NCBI GenBank assembly: GCA_021203985.1
Contig: JAJQAB010000093.1
Span: 1 to 56,789, forward strand
Origin: Ruminococcus sp.
Lineage (GTDB): Bacteria; Bacillota; Clostridia; Oscillospirales; Ruminococcaceae
DNA: 56,789 nucleotides
Direction: 5' to 3'
In this document: positions 9,719 to 20,671 of the stretch, in pieces
Layout: every line of letters starts with the position of its first letter
Position numbering within the stretch: position 1 is the stretch's first letter
Translations under genes and position numbers: made by a program
The notes under the pieces: generated by a model
Told to the model about the DNA's origin: nothing
Database searches by the model: none
What the model saw: the letters and a program-made list of their open reading frames with translations, nothing else

Positions 9719-10747
9719 TTACCAGATGCCAAGGACGTGCTGCATCGCAAGGCTCACGCCAATGATCCCGATCCAGCAGCAGAAGCCGAGCAGAATGGGC
9801 TTTCCTCCGGTTTTGACGAGCTTGACAATATTGGTGTTCAAACCGATTGCACTCATCGCCATAACGATCAAAAATTTGCTGAGCGTTTTGAACGGCGTGA
9901 AAACCGCGGCTGGCACGCCAAAGTGCAGGCACACCGTTGTAATGACCGAAGCCATGATGAACCAAAGAATGAAGAACGGAAAGATTTTGCGGAAGTTGAC
10001 CTTCTCCCCGCTGTTCTTTTCCTTTTTGGTGCGGTAAAGCGCAAGCACAAGCGTGATCGGGATAATGGCAAGCGTTCGCGTTAACTTTACGGTAACCGCC
10101 TTGTCCAATGCCTGCGAACCAAGATTGTAAAGCGAATCCCAGGTGGAGGCGGCTGCGGTAACCGATGAGGTATCGTTCACGGCTGTTCCTGCGAAGATAC
10201 CGAACACTTCGCCGCTTTCTGTGGAAAAGCCCATCAGTCCGCCAAGGCTCGGAAAGAGAATCACTGCCAGAAGATTGAAGAAAAAGATCACGGAAATCGA
10301 CTGCGCAACCTCTGCTTCATCTGCATCAATCACCAGTGCAGTTGCTGCAATGGCAGATCCGCCGCAGATGGACGAGCCAACGCCGACAAGCGTGGCAATT
10401 TTTGACGGCACTTTCATCACTTTGCACAAAACAAACACAATGATCGGGGAAACGGAAATTGTGTTTAGAATAATCGGCAGCGACTGCCAGCCGGTCTGTA
10501 TCACAACAGTCAAGTTCATGCCGAAGCCAAGCAAAATCACTGCGTATTGCAGAATTTTCTTTGATGTCCACGCAATACCGCTTTGGAACGATTCTTTGTT
10601 CTTGATAAATAGCGTGATAACCATGCCGACAACAATTGCAAAAACTGGACCGCCGACCACCGGAAGCCATGTACCAAGAAACCAGGACGGCACAGAAATC
10701 GCAAGGCAAAGCAGCAGCCCTTTGTAATTGTTTTTACAGAAACTCAT
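9719..10747 (-). CDS. YeiH/UPF0324 putative sulfate exporter
   Basis: GVGSSICGGSAIAA, FAGTAVNDTSSV, VKLTRTL. Confidence 0.9.
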   Translation of the reverse strand: MSFCKNNYKGLLLCLAISVPSWFLGTWLPVVGGPVFAIVVGMVITLFIKNKESFQSGIAWTSKKILQYAVILLGFGMNLTVVIQTGWQSLPIILNTISVSPIIVFVLCKVMKVPSKIATLVGVGSSICGGSAIAATALVIDADEAEVAQSISVIFFFNLLAVILFPSLGGLMGFSTESGEVFGIFAGTAVNDTSSVTAAASTWDSLYNLGSQALDKAVTVKLTRTLAIIPITLVLALYRTKKEKNSGEKVNFRKIFPFFILWFIMASVITTVCLHFGVPAAVFTPFKTLSKFLIVMAMSAIGLNTNIVKLVKTGGKPILLGFCCWIGIIGVSLAMQHVLGIW

Positions 10748-10866
10748 AAATCATTCTCCTATAAACTGTCGTTCTATTAGGATGATACACCAAGTGCAGC
10801 GATGATATCAAATTATCATTTGCTATCTGCTGATAAATACTGCTTATCATCATAGGAGAAAATACG

Positions 10867-11778
10867 ATGCTAGACTACAAAACCACAACTTTTTTAACGC
10901 TCTGCGAGCAAATGAATTGCCGCAAAACTGCGGAAATCCTGCACATGACGCAGCCTGCGGTGACACAGCATATCCATGCGCTGGAGGAATCGTATGGATG
11001 TCTGCTTTTTCTCTACGACCACAGAGCACTCACGAAAACGCCACAGGCAAAAATGCTCGAGCAGCATTTGCTAAAGGTTCGCTATGATGAAGCGCATCTT
11101 AAAGCGCAGCTGCAAAAAAGCTGTGTTCCGGATTTGCGTCTCGGTGCGACAAAAAGCATTGTCGATTATATGATTGCAGAGAAAATGATTGCGCTGGTTT
11201 CCTCGAAGCAATACCGCGTGCATTTGCTTGTGGATAACACAAAAGCGCTCTTGCAGCATATTCAGCATGGTACGATTGATATTGCTATGGTAGAGGGTGA
11301 GTTTGACAAGCACATGTTCGGTGCGACACTGATGCAAACAGAAGAATACCTCGGAATCTGCGCGAAGAACTGTCCGCTCGCAGGTAGGGAGGTGACGTTT
11401 GAGGAAGCGGCAGGCTATCATTTGATGATCCAAGAGGACGGATCGGGAACGAGAACGATTTTCGAAAATCAGCTGAAATCACACGGGAAAAGCCTCTCAT
11501 CCTTTGCGGATTCGGCATACATCAGCAGTTTTGTCGTAATCAAAGAATTGGTGGCGACAGGATTGGGCATTACATTCAGGTATCGATCTGTCGCAAGCCG
11601 CGATCCACGGCTTGCATTCTTCCACATCCGGGGATTTCCGCGAACGCATGATTTATATTATGTATGCCTCAAAGACTCGCACGCAGAAAACTGGATTGCC
11701 GCCTTGCTGTCGCTTGACACGATATCCCGCGCAGATCATTCCGCCGGCAACGTCTCGAATACTGCGGAAGAGATGTAG
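10867..11778 (+). CDS. LysR-family regulator (CysL-like), divergent from yeiH
   Basis: HTH TAEILHMTQPAVTQHIHALE; DIAMVEG; E.GSGTR. Confidence 0.85.
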   Translation: MLDYKTTTFLTLCEQMNCRKTAEILHMTQPAVTQHIHALEESYGCLLFLYDHRALTKTPQAKMLEQHLLKVRYDEAHLKAQLQKSCVPDLRLGATKSIVDYMIAEKMIALVSSKQYRVHLLVDNTKALLQHIQHGTIDIAMVEGEFDKHMFGATLMQTEEYLGICAKNCPLAGREVTFEEAAGYHLMIQEDGSGTRTIFENQLKSHGKSLSSFADSAYISSFVVIKELVATGLGITFRYRSVASRDPRLAFFHIRGFPRTHDLYYVCLKDSHAENWIAALLSLDTISRADHSAGNVSNTAEEM

Positions 11779-11846
11779 GAGGCGGCTGTGTGGTCTTCTT
11801 GCGGCTTGCGATACGTTTGTTTTACCGTCACAGATAGGAGAATATT

Positions 11847-12452
11847 ATGCAACATATCATTCGTGAATGCATTGGCGCAATTTTCGTGATTCTATTTCTT
11901 TTACGGATCAGAAAAAAGAGGAAGAACAAAAAGCAGGTTCTTTTCAGTGTCCTTGCTTTGAGTGTTGTGCTTTGCCTTGTCTTTTTTTCTTTTGAAAATC
12001 TCTTTTTACGCTTTCGCTCTACCGAAAGTGCATTTACGTACTTTTCAAATCAAGGCACGATTGCCTGCACTGTCGAATCCGATAATTCAGCGTTAATCAT
12101 ATCGTTTAAAAATTCCCAGGAAGAATTTCTCTTGCTGGGCAAAAAAGATGGCACTTATTGTGCACCGCTGCAGCAGCCCAGATTACAGACATCCCGAAAC
12201 GAAACGGGTTCTTATTTTTCGTTTATCAATGAGCCTTGGACAAACAATTACTATGTAATCGTTCTCAGACCATCGCAGCAAGAAACCGCGGTCACAGATT
12301 CCTGCAATTCCACATTCTCATCTTACACGAATTTGACGGGATATTTTTTAGGTTATGTGGCATATGTGCAGAATGTAGACGAAACTTACTATGTGCAAAT
12401 TGATGACGATACGCTGTACATGAAATCAGGAACGCACACATTTCAAACATAA
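11847..12452 (+). CDS. membrane-anchored hypothetical protein
   Basis: RBS AGGAG, two N-terminal TM segments, terminator-like hairpin after the stop. Confidence 0.6.
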   Translation: MQHIIRECIGAIFVILFLLRIRKKRKNKKQVLFSVLALSVVLCLVFFSFENLFLRFRSTESAFTYFSNQGTIACTVESDNSALIISFKNSQEEFLLLGKKDGTYCAPLQQPRLQTSRNETGSYFSFINEPWTNNYYVIVLRPSQQETAVTDSCNSTFSSYTNLTGYFLGYVAYVQNVDETYYVQIDDDTLYMKSGTHTFQT

Positions 12453-12599
12453 GCACCCACCGAAGGTTTTTGCGCTCCGATGGGTGCTGTTTATTTTATG
12501 TAACATTATCTCACGAATACAAAGCTTTCACTTTTTCTTCTCACATTCTGTTTAACAATTCGCTTTTTTTGCATCATATTCTGCTTCTATAATCAGTCC

Positions 12600-13169
12600 C
12601 TAATCCAACATTTGCTTCAAGCTTTGCATATTTTCAGCGTTATTTGTTCGCAGCGCCTCTACCTGAATTTGCACCTGTTCTTCTACCGCAGCTGCAGCAT
12701 TTATTTCTGCAACAGCCTTCGGCGTCTTCAATAAACAGCTGATTTCCCAGCCATATACATAGGAAGCATCGTTCTTATTCTTGATAAAGCGGACGGTGTC
12801 GATGATTGTAAAAACAAAGCCAAAATACATACAACAAGCTAAAAGGAGAACAAACACAACAGTAAACGACACAATAATAAGTCAACCAACAAGTATGCCA
12901 ACGCTCAAAAACAGATTCTTAGTTTTCCCAAAAACAAACCGCAAGATGATGCCCGAATGTGCCAATCCATGTATTGCAGCACCAAAACAAAGTGCGCCTT
13001 CCAATTCAGAAAGAACATTAAACTCTCCAGCGGCAACGTCAATAATTGTACCACCAATAAAGAAAAGCACAATCAGTCCCCAGCTTATCATCATCGTAAC
13101 CTTACACATCTTATTTCGCTTCATATACATTTTTTGTACCGAAATTGGTAACTCTTCAATTACATACAT
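12600..13169 (-). pseudogene. membrane protein split by in-frame TGA
   Basis: ORFs 13169-12882 and 12872-12600 are in the same frame (VGILVG*LIIVSF); GAGG RBS. Confidence 0.6.
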
Positions 13170-13247
13170 GGTAATACCTCATCTTTCTCATATCATTATT
13201 GATTCACATAAGTTAAAAATTATTTTGTGTATTCGCCTGATTTTGCA

Positions 13248-13331
13248 CTAGATGCCAATTCTTCCGATCAAGATGCGTCCGCGTCTGCGCATCCACACAT
13301 GCGCGCTGCTAAAATCTTTCTTCTTTTTCAT
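13248..13331 (-). pseudogene. small ORF or signal-peptide remnant
   Basis: Strong RBS AAGGAG; 27-aa ORF MKKKKDFSS...; a 1-nt shift gives signal-like MKKKKILAARMCGC. Confidence 0.3.
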
Positions 13332-13565
13332 CGTTTTTTCTCCTTTTCCAAACGGGTGTTTCCCATCCTTACAAAATTTTCCGTAACCGCTGAATTGCTA
13401 CGTGCCTATGCAATCTGCACAAATTCGGCCGGGTACATTCTTATTTTACACGATATATATGAAAAAACGGTAAAGTTTAGGTTAAATTTGCTTTCACATT
13501 CGGTCGTAGCTGCAGTTACAGCCGACTGTATCAAAGGGTTCGAGCTAAGACGATGAAAAAAGTAC

Positions 13566-13594
13566 TTGACAAATCGCGGAAACTCTACTATAAT
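13566..13594 (+). promoter_or_regulatory. consensus sigma70 promoter for the tRNA
   Basis: TTGACA-17 bp-TATAAT. Confidence 0.9.
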
Positions 13595-13629
13595 GTAAAT
13601 GTTGTGATAGAAAAGTCACAGCGAAACTT

Positions 13630-13705
13630 CTGGGTGTGGCGCAGTTGGTAGCGTGCTACCTTGGGGTGGTAGAGGCCGCCGGTTCAAGTCCGGTCACTCA
13701 GACCA
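13630..13705 (+). tRNA. tRNA-Pro (anticodon GGG)
   Basis: Acceptor CTGGGTG/CACTCAG, D-arm, anticodon stem CTACC/GGTAG with loop TTGGGGT, T-loop TTCAAGT, encoded CCA. Confidence 0.97.
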
Positions 13706-13709
13706 AAAA

Positions 13710-13757
13710 AGCACGCAATTTCGGGATTTTTTCGAGATTGCGTGTTTCTTCGTTTTT
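13710..13757 (+). terminator. tRNA terminator
   Basis: GCACGCAATTTCG...CGAGATTGCGTGT plus T-rich tail. Confidence 0.7.
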
Positions 13758-13794
13758 GGGGAAAATGGCTTTTGTTCAGTTTTTGTACAACTAT

Positions 13795-13827
13795 AAAGCG
13801 CCTCAGAATCGTCTCTGAGGCGCTTTG
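13795..13827. terminator. hairpin terminator
   Basis: AAAGCGCCTCAGA...TCTGAGGCGCTTT perfect stem. Confidence 0.7.
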
Positions 13828-13873
13828 TGCTTATTATAATTGATTGAATAGGCTGCTTACGTGCGAAACGCTT

Positions 13874-14143
13874 TCACTGTACGGGCAGAAAAGATGCGCC
13901 TGCGTTAAGCCAAGCGATCCGTTTTATGTTCATCTTTCGTCTGGTTTTCTTTTTTTTGATCTTCTTTTTTGCTTCGTGAAATGCAACGCCGAAAGATCCA
14001 CCTATTGCAGTGCCGAAGCAAACGCCAACGACAATTCCCACAAATCCAAACCCCAATAAATTCATAAAAATATAGCTAAATAGCGCGGCAAACACAATTC
14101 CAAATAAGAATCCGAAGAACAGCCCAAAATATCCCTTTTTCAT
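13874..14143 (-). CDS. small Gly/Phe-rich two-TM protein with a Lys-rich tail
   Basis: GGAGG RBS; GLFFGFLFG..GVCFGTAIGGSFG; own TATAAT near 14220. Confidence 0.6.
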   Translation of the reverse strand: MKKGYFGLFFGFLFGIVFAALFSYIFMNLLGFGFVGIVVGVCFGTAIGGSFGVAFHEAKKKIKKKKTRRKMNIKRIAWLNAGASFLPVQ

Positions 14144-14336
14144 CTCACTTACCTCCGTAAATCTTACGACAACTACAGCAGCGTCTTGCGCAGTGTTGTC
14201 AGAATTTATATTGTATAACCATTATACCAGACTTGTGCTGGAAATGCAAGGGGAAAGTTGGAGGTTATTGGTTGATTGCAGCGATATCAATGATCTGTTC
14301 CACGCGCTAAAAAATAAGATGTTGAGCCTCCCCCAC

Positions 14337-14863
14337 TCACACATCAATAACAGTCAACTTCACATTTTCAGGATATAACGAAAAAATCAAGGAAGCTGAA
14401 TGGCATTCGAAGTATGGAAATATCATAGTGACGGTTTTGGCTTCGTTTGCATCAAGCGTCATGGAAGCCGATGCGTTCTCGTTAAAATAGAAAAATAGAT
14501 ATGGATTCAATCCACCGCCGGAAATGGAATCATATTGTATACAAGTGGAAGATAAATCCAAAGTCTGCACATCTTCCGTTGTATTTTCTATTTCTAAATT
14601 GAATAATAGATCTTGTTCATCCACATAATCTTTTATCTCATCATCGTACACAGCGGACAGTTCCTCACCGGAATAAATGCCATATTCCGATGATGTAATC
14701 TGTAAATTATGAAAGGAAAAGGTTCCTGCAGTTGATATACCACTCGTTCTGTGATCTGATACTTGACCATATTGATGTAAACGACACGTATCACAAAAAG
14801 CGCAGCAAGAACAACGGCAAGTAAGATGCCAATTTCCAAACGCAGCTTACGACTTCTGCTCAT
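14337..14863 (-). pseudogene. membrane-anchored accessory protein of the ABC locus, frameshifted
   Basis: ORFs 14863-14633 and 14651-14337 join through a frameshift near 14700; start overlaps the ATPase stop. Confidence 0.6.
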
Positions 14864-15489
14864 GTAAGAATCCTCCCCGCTTCCATCTTGAAGATTTGGT
14901 CAGACAATTGCTCTAGTTCCTCTCTGTCATGACAAGCGATTAGAATGACCGATCCTTTTTCTTTCAAATCATGTAAAATGGCACGAACATTCTGCATGCC
15001 GCTTTCGTCAATCACATTGATTGGCTCATCCAGAATGACAAGCTCCGGATCTCCCATTGCCGCTGCCGCAATGCCAAGCTTTTGCTTCATGCCAAGCGAA
15101 TATTTTTGGTAAACTCTCTTGTCCGCCGGATCTAATCCGACACGAGTCAGGATCGCACAAATTTGTTCATAGGATAAATGATCCCGTAAATCGCTAAGCA
15201 TTTTTAGATTCTGAAATCCTGTATATCCATTCAGGAAAGACGGATTTTCAATCAAAACACCCACACTACGTGGAAATGAAATGTCTTTTACTAATATTTC
15301 ATCATTCAGCAAAATCGTTCCGGAGGTGGGGCAAATGAGTCCGCATATGGTTCGCATCAGCATGGTTTTTCCACAGCCGTTTTTCCATTGCACGCCGTAG
15401 ACATTACTGCCTTCTAATTCCAATGAGATATGATCCAGAACGGGTACGCCTTTGATGGTTTTGCAGACCTCTTGTAATCTGACTTTCAT
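14860..15489 (-). CDS. ABC transporter ATP-binding protein with a degenerate Walker A
   Basis: QWKNGCGKT (first Gly replaced by Trp), YSLGMKQK, LDEP, H-loop ACHD. Confidence 0.85.
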   Translation of the reverse strand: MKVRLQEVCKTIKGVPVLDHISLELEGSNVYGVQWKNGCGKTMLMRTICGLICPTSGTILLNDEILVKDISFPRSVGVLIENPSFLNGYTGFQNLKMLSDLRDHLSYEQICAILTRVGLDPADKRVYQKYSLGMKQKLGIAAAAMGDPELVILDEPINVIDESGMQNVRAILHDLKEKGSVILIACHDREELEQLSDQIFKMEAGRILT

Positions 15490-16303
15490 AGAATGCCTCC
15501 TCTTTTTAGAATATCTTGACGCTGAAAATAAAGGAAGCCTGCCGCCATGCTTCCAAGCAATACAATTCCGAGGGTAATATAGCTCTCTGCGATTCCGATG
15601 CCATTCTCTGAAAAAATGGCATATTTCGATAGCTGAGAAGAATTCGGGAACAGCAATACCGTTGTTTCATAAGTAGACGCAACAAAAAGAACGACAATGA
15701 GAAGAAAACCTATCACAGAAGAGGTCAATGCTGCCAAAAAAATTTGCAATGCGCTCACTGCAAATGATGTAAGGATCGGAAGCATGAGAACTGCCCATAA
15801 AGTTTTCGTAAAAACAGGCTCTAAAATCGATAGGATTTGTGGATCATAGACGTCTTGTATTTCCCAAGTGATCGGAATTTGACAAATGATACAAAACAGC
15901 AGCACTGTGACAAGCATGGTCAAATAATAGGCAATTACCGTGAAGAATGCTCAAATCAGTTTGGAAAGATATCATTTTCTTCGGGAGACTCCTAAAATCA
16001 GTACGCTGGAGCCGTGATTGTTATATATAGCTCAGAAAAAGGGTATTTTCCGATCAGCCATGCCAGATACAAATGCAACAAAAACCACGTAAAAGGAAAT
16101 TGAAAACGGTCGTCTACTTCCAGGTCATAGGGAGGTTCCGCTTTTGTTAGATACAGCAGATAATCGAAACTGCCTAGCTCAAGATTCTGATAATCGGAAT
16201 AATAATGCAGCGCCACGCAGGCGATCAGCACTGCTCCAATCAGAATCCCTATTTTATGCCAATCCTTACAAAATCCCATTTTGAAGTCATACTTAAAATA
16301 CAT
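15486..16303 (-). pseudogene. ABC permease subunit 2, fragmented
   Basis: MYFKYDFK..FPFTWF fragment plus 15923-15486 fragment ending FLYFQRQDIL. Confidence 0.65.
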
Positions 16304-17139
16304 CTTTTTTTCGTTCCTTCCAGTAGAATAGCACAAAGCTAATCAGAAACAACGCGAGGAATTCAACCACGATTACCCACAAGCCAGCACTGCCATTTCT
16401 CTGCGTGGGCAGATAAAAGCTAAGTGAACTCCATTGCACAAGTCCAATTGTCTGGAGCAAATAATCTAGTGTTTCAAAAATCAGAAAGCTTCCTGTCAAA
16501 GAAAAAAATATCGTATTGGTAACCATATTGATCAAAAGTGTAAGCGTTGCCATACAGCCACAAAACAGCATATCCAACAGAATATACGACAGCGTATAGA
16601 TCATGGGATGCTGATAAAACAGCGTATACCACATATCATTTTCGCTTGCAATTGCATAATTGGCAGTCACACATTCCGGTAAAAAGCATGGGGAACACTA
16701 ACATGGTCAAGAGCAAACTCAGCAACAGAATGACGCCACAGGCAAAAAAGCCACTGAAAAATACAACTGCAAACTTTACGGTATAATACTGCTTCCGGTC
16801 GACACGGACAAAGATATTTTTTACATAACCGCTCTTTCGATCCTGAAAATAAGAGGAAGCATAAGGCAGCGTGACAAGCAGCGGAAACAGTGTATACAAA
16901 ATAATGAGCGGCAATCCATCATACTCCAGACCAATAAAGGAATTATACAGTGTTTTGGGGTAGTGCAGATAACCCTGAACTTTATTGCCATACAGTGCAT
17001 ATTCTTCTTCGAATTGGTGCAGCGACACGATTTCTTGGATGAATAGCCACACTACCAGAATCACACCAACTGCAAGCGAGAAATGCAAGCCTTTGCTGTG
17101 AAACAATCGCCGAAACTCCAGTTTCCATACCGTTTTCAT
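16293..17139 (-). pseudogene. ABC permease subunit 1, frameshifted near 16670
   Basis: KLEFRR, FPLLVTLPYASSYFQDRKSGY; second half ends RKKDVF. Confidence 0.7.
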
Positions 17140-17834
17140 GAAGTTGCCTCCAACCCGTTCAAAATCTTAAACATGGGATTTTCAATGGTATCAGAGCCAT
17201 AATCTGCAAAGGCAGCATACAAAGAAATGGAATCAGAATCCATAATATCCTTGCTTGCTAAGAAACCGATTGTCATATTCTTTTCTTCTCCGGCAGTCAA
17301 ACTGGTAATTCCCATGCTGTTCAGGTCATCCGGATCAATTGGATCGCTTTGATACGATAGTTTAGTGAGCATCATCTCGTCTTCTGTTTCACCGGAATAG
17401 TACAAAATACAAGATGCAAGATTTAAAGCATCGACATCGACAGCACTTTCCATGGTGATTTCCAGTGACACAAACACATAATCCGAATCAAGCGTACCGT
17501 CTTCTTGTACAGCATCCGGTCCGGTCATTCGAGAGAGCGCGGTCGAATCGAGAGAAGTAATCTTTTCTTGTTCGACAGAAACGGATTTCACGGTAAAATC
17601 AACATAATTTGTCACAGCATCATTCTCATCAACCGTTTCCGGTACTTGTTTGGTCACATTGAGTTCGACCTCTTGGTCTGTCTGACTTGCCGCTTGCTCG
17701 GCATTGCTGTCGTCCTCCGGAGCAACCGCAGGATTCTGGGAAGAGGAATCGGATGTTTCCGATCCGGATTGACAGCCTACACTGAAAAATGCAAGGGAGA
17801 AAATAAGGATGACGGAAAGAATTTGTTTTTTCAT
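17136..17834 (-). CDS. acidic lipoprotein
   Basis: MKKQILSVILIFSLAFFSVGC lipobox; overlaps the permease start. Confidence 0.75.
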   Translation of the reverse strand: MKKQILSVILIFSLAFFSVGCQSGSETSDSSSQNPAVAPEDDSNAEQAASQTDQEVELNVTKQVPETVDENDAVTNYVDFTVKSVSVEQEKITSLDSTALSRMTGPDAVQEDGTLDSDYVFVSLEITMESAVDVDALNLASCILYYSGETEDEMMLTKLSYQSDPIDPDDLNSMGITSLTAGEEKNMTIGFLASKDIMDSDSISLYAAFADYGSDTIENPMFKILNGLEATS

Positions 17835-17876
17835 TTGGTTCACCTCTACAAAATTATATCTTTAAAAATAATAACA

Positions 17877-17909
17877 GCGGCATACGGCATATCATCCCCG
17901 TATGCCGCC
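17877..17909 (-). promoter_or_regulatory. intercistronic stem-loop after the secreted-peptide gene
   Basis: GCGGCATACGG...CCGTATGCCGC. Confidence 0.6.
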
Positions 17910-17949
17910 ATTATTTCAAATCACGTAAAGCGAAGCACCATTTTCAGGA

Positions 17950-18363
17950 TTATACGCTATCCGGACTCCAAACACCAGATGCTGTAAATGTGCTTGCACC
18001 GCTATACCTTGTAAATCCAAGACGTGCGGAAGAATCACCTTTTTCGTACACAAGATTCGGAAAATATGTATACGTAGAGGAAACACCAACCACTTTAGCG
18101 GTACCATATGTGCGATCCACCTTTGAAGCATTGTAAAACCTTACGGTCATTTTTGCTCCAGATGAACTTACAGAAGTTACCTTAACGGTTGCAGAGGTAG
18201 CATCCGTTTTGGAACGAGCACTAGTATACTTACTCGTAGAGCTAATTGAATAATCTGTAAACGGAGTGTCAGAGCAGTTATTTGCGCTTACAACAATATT
18301 CACTGCGCTTGTTGTCATTGCAACGACTGCCATTGCAGCAATTGCGATCTTTTTCAGTTTCAT
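17950..18363 (-). CDS. DUF2712-like secreted protein (lactococcin-972-like locus precursor)
   Basis: Sec signal; T.AR.K...S motif; C-terminal GVWSPDSV; first gene of a lipoprotein-permease-permease-ATPase operon. Confidence 0.7.
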   Translation of the reverse strand: MKLKKIAIAAMAVVAMTTSAVNIVVSANNCSDTPFTDYSISSTSKYTSARSKTDATSATVKVTSVSSSGAKMTVRFYNASKVDRTYGTAKVVGVSSTYTYFPNLVYEKGDSSARLGFTRYSGASTFTASGVWSPDSV

Positions 18364-18528
18364 AAAAACTTCCTTTCTGTTGGACTGATCTCAAACGAGA
18401 ATCAGTAAGCGTATGTTCGAATATATTCAAAGAAGTACAGTATTGAAAAGTTAGAAAATGAAGAATCTTCTATGTGCACAAAAATCCATCACTTTTTCAT
18501 GCGATTTTCCTTCTTGAATCGAAAAGAA

Positions 18529-20189
18529 TTATTTCACAACCGGTATGGAATTAACCAATTGCACCTGGAACTTCAACAACACCAGTGCATCATCCGCATC
18601 TACATAACCATCCGCATTCGTATCCGCATTTGCAAAAGCAATATCGCTCAAATCCACCAAGCCGGCAACATATTTATTTAAGAAAATCGAATCAGCAAGA
18701 GACACACTTCCATCCAAATTCACATCACCAATCATACTATTTCTTTCCGAAGAAGTAGTACTTTGCGTAGTGATTTCAGTGCTTGTGGTCGTTTTTGCTT
18801 CTGTCGTACTAGTTTCTTTTTCACTAGCTGTAGTTGTTATGGTTTCTGTTGTAGCCACTGTAGTTATTGTTGTACTAGGTGTTTCAATTGCAGCAAATGT
18901 AAAACCATACGTTTCAGCATAAGTCTGTGCTGTAGAATCCGCGTAGCCATAGATTGTGCCGTTATAATAAGGTATTTGCTGCACATCTTCACTGCTGGCA
19001 TCTAAAACAGAACCATTTGAAATCGTGCTGGCGGAATCGTAAATTTCACAGTCTGCGTTCAGAATCATAACAGCAGTCAAGGCAGTACACTTGGAAAATG
19101 CGCTGAATTCGAGACTTGTGACACTTTGTGGAAGTGTCACTTCGGAAAGACTGGTGCAGTTGGAAAACGCCGCAAAAGAGATTGTCGTGAGATTTTCAGA
19201 AAACGTCACATCCGTCAACGCTTCACAGCCCATAAAAGCATAATCGTCGATAACTGTCACGGTATTCGGCATCACAAGCGAAATGATACTGCTTCCAAAA
19301 AACGCCATATTCCCAATCGTTGTCACCGGCAAATCTTCCATTTCCGATGGAATCACCACATCACTGACAGAATTGTCAAACCCTGTGATTTCAATGGAAT
19401 CTCCATGATTGGTGTAAGTGAAGCAAGATGCATCTGTTTCGCTGCCGCTGTAAACTTGATTCGGCTCTTTTATGGCAATATCAAGGATGCATTCTACGTC
19501 CGAAAGTCCGCCAACGCTTTCGCACAGATAAGTATACCAATATGTGTCTGCATTATATTCCACAGGGCCTTCCTTTACATAGCCTTCTGCGTCCATTTCT
19601 GCAAACATTTCGTCTGCCATTTGTTTTCGAGTTTCCTGATCTGCTTCCTGAAAAGCTTCATCATCAAGCAAAGCATTTACTAGCTGCGTGATTTCTGCCA
19701 TTCTCGCTGCATCTTCATCCGATACGGCTTCGTAAATCACAACCGAAAGTGTTTCTGTTGCAGAAGTCCCGTCCACATCTACAATCCTTGCGTAATAGGG
19801 ATACGTTCCGACATCATAATCGTCAAAGGACAGTCGGGCAGACTATGTTCCATTGTTCTCCAAATCATCTCCGGAATCTGTAAAATTCCCATCATCCAAC
19901 ATGACTGCAACAACCTCTTCCGTTTGTGCGTCAACCGATTCTATTTCTTCCCCTTCAAATTGGCGACACGTAGCAGAAAAGATCACGGTCTTGTCTTCTT
20001 CATCTTCTGTAAACTCTGCATTTTGTGTGCAACCATTCAAAGCGAGTGAAAATGATGTTGCACTCGCTTCAAACATAATCGGTTCGTACAGAACCGTCTC
20101 TTCCAGCGCTGTGACGCTGAGATTCGCTACCAGACCGCTTGCGAACACACTTGCTGCAACCGCGGCGCATAGAAATTTTTTCCTTTCAT
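18529..20189 (-). pseudogene. BspA-type leucine-rich-repeat protein with dockerin; 5' frameshift plus in-frame TAG
   Basis: ATG 20189 after GGAGG is out of frame at an A6 run; TAG 19843-19845 is in frame with the 19776 ORF; LRR_5 repeats (AFMGCEALTDV), Thr linker, dockerin. Confidence 0.8.
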
Positions 20190-20594
20190 AAAAAGCCCTC
20201 CGAGCGTTTCGTTCAAGCAATGCAGTGCCTGAACCGTTTTCGTTTGCGTGTCATTGTGCATGCGCAAAAGCCAATGGCACACATTTTTCGGCTGGCAGAA
20301 CTAGTTTCGATCGAGCTAACCACCATTTTCTGCCATCTTACTGTTTTAGTATAACGAAAGAAGCACACCGATGTCAAGCATTTTCGCAGAAATTCAGCGA
20401 TTTATTCAAATCAGGTTTAGAAAGTTTGTGAATATTTTTTTCGAAAAGATGCAACATTTTCGAATGTGCGGAATCACGACTTGACGATTCCACGAAAACA
20501 CACACAGCCAGCCATGCCCACACATACGGTCGAAATGTGCCAATCGACCCACAAATTTTTCCGGATTTTTTCCGAAATTTTTTCTGAAAAAGAC

Positions 20595-20651
20595 TTGACC
20601 GCCGGTCGAAAATGTGATATGATAAAAAAATAAATTCGACCACCGGTCGAA
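20595..20651 (+). promoter_or_regulatory. promoter with two palindromic TetR/FadR-like operators
   Basis: TTGACC-17 bp-TATGAT with extended -10 TG; TTGACCGCCGGTCGAA (20595) overlaps the -35; TTCGACCACCGGTCGAA at 20635. Confidence 0.75.
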
Positions 20652-20671
20652 TGAGAATAAGGTGTGATAAA

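Noticed and set aside
13705-19800. Integrative element at tRNA-Pro
   Set aside because: The cargo is AT-richer, but I found no integrase and no duplicated tRNA 3' end.
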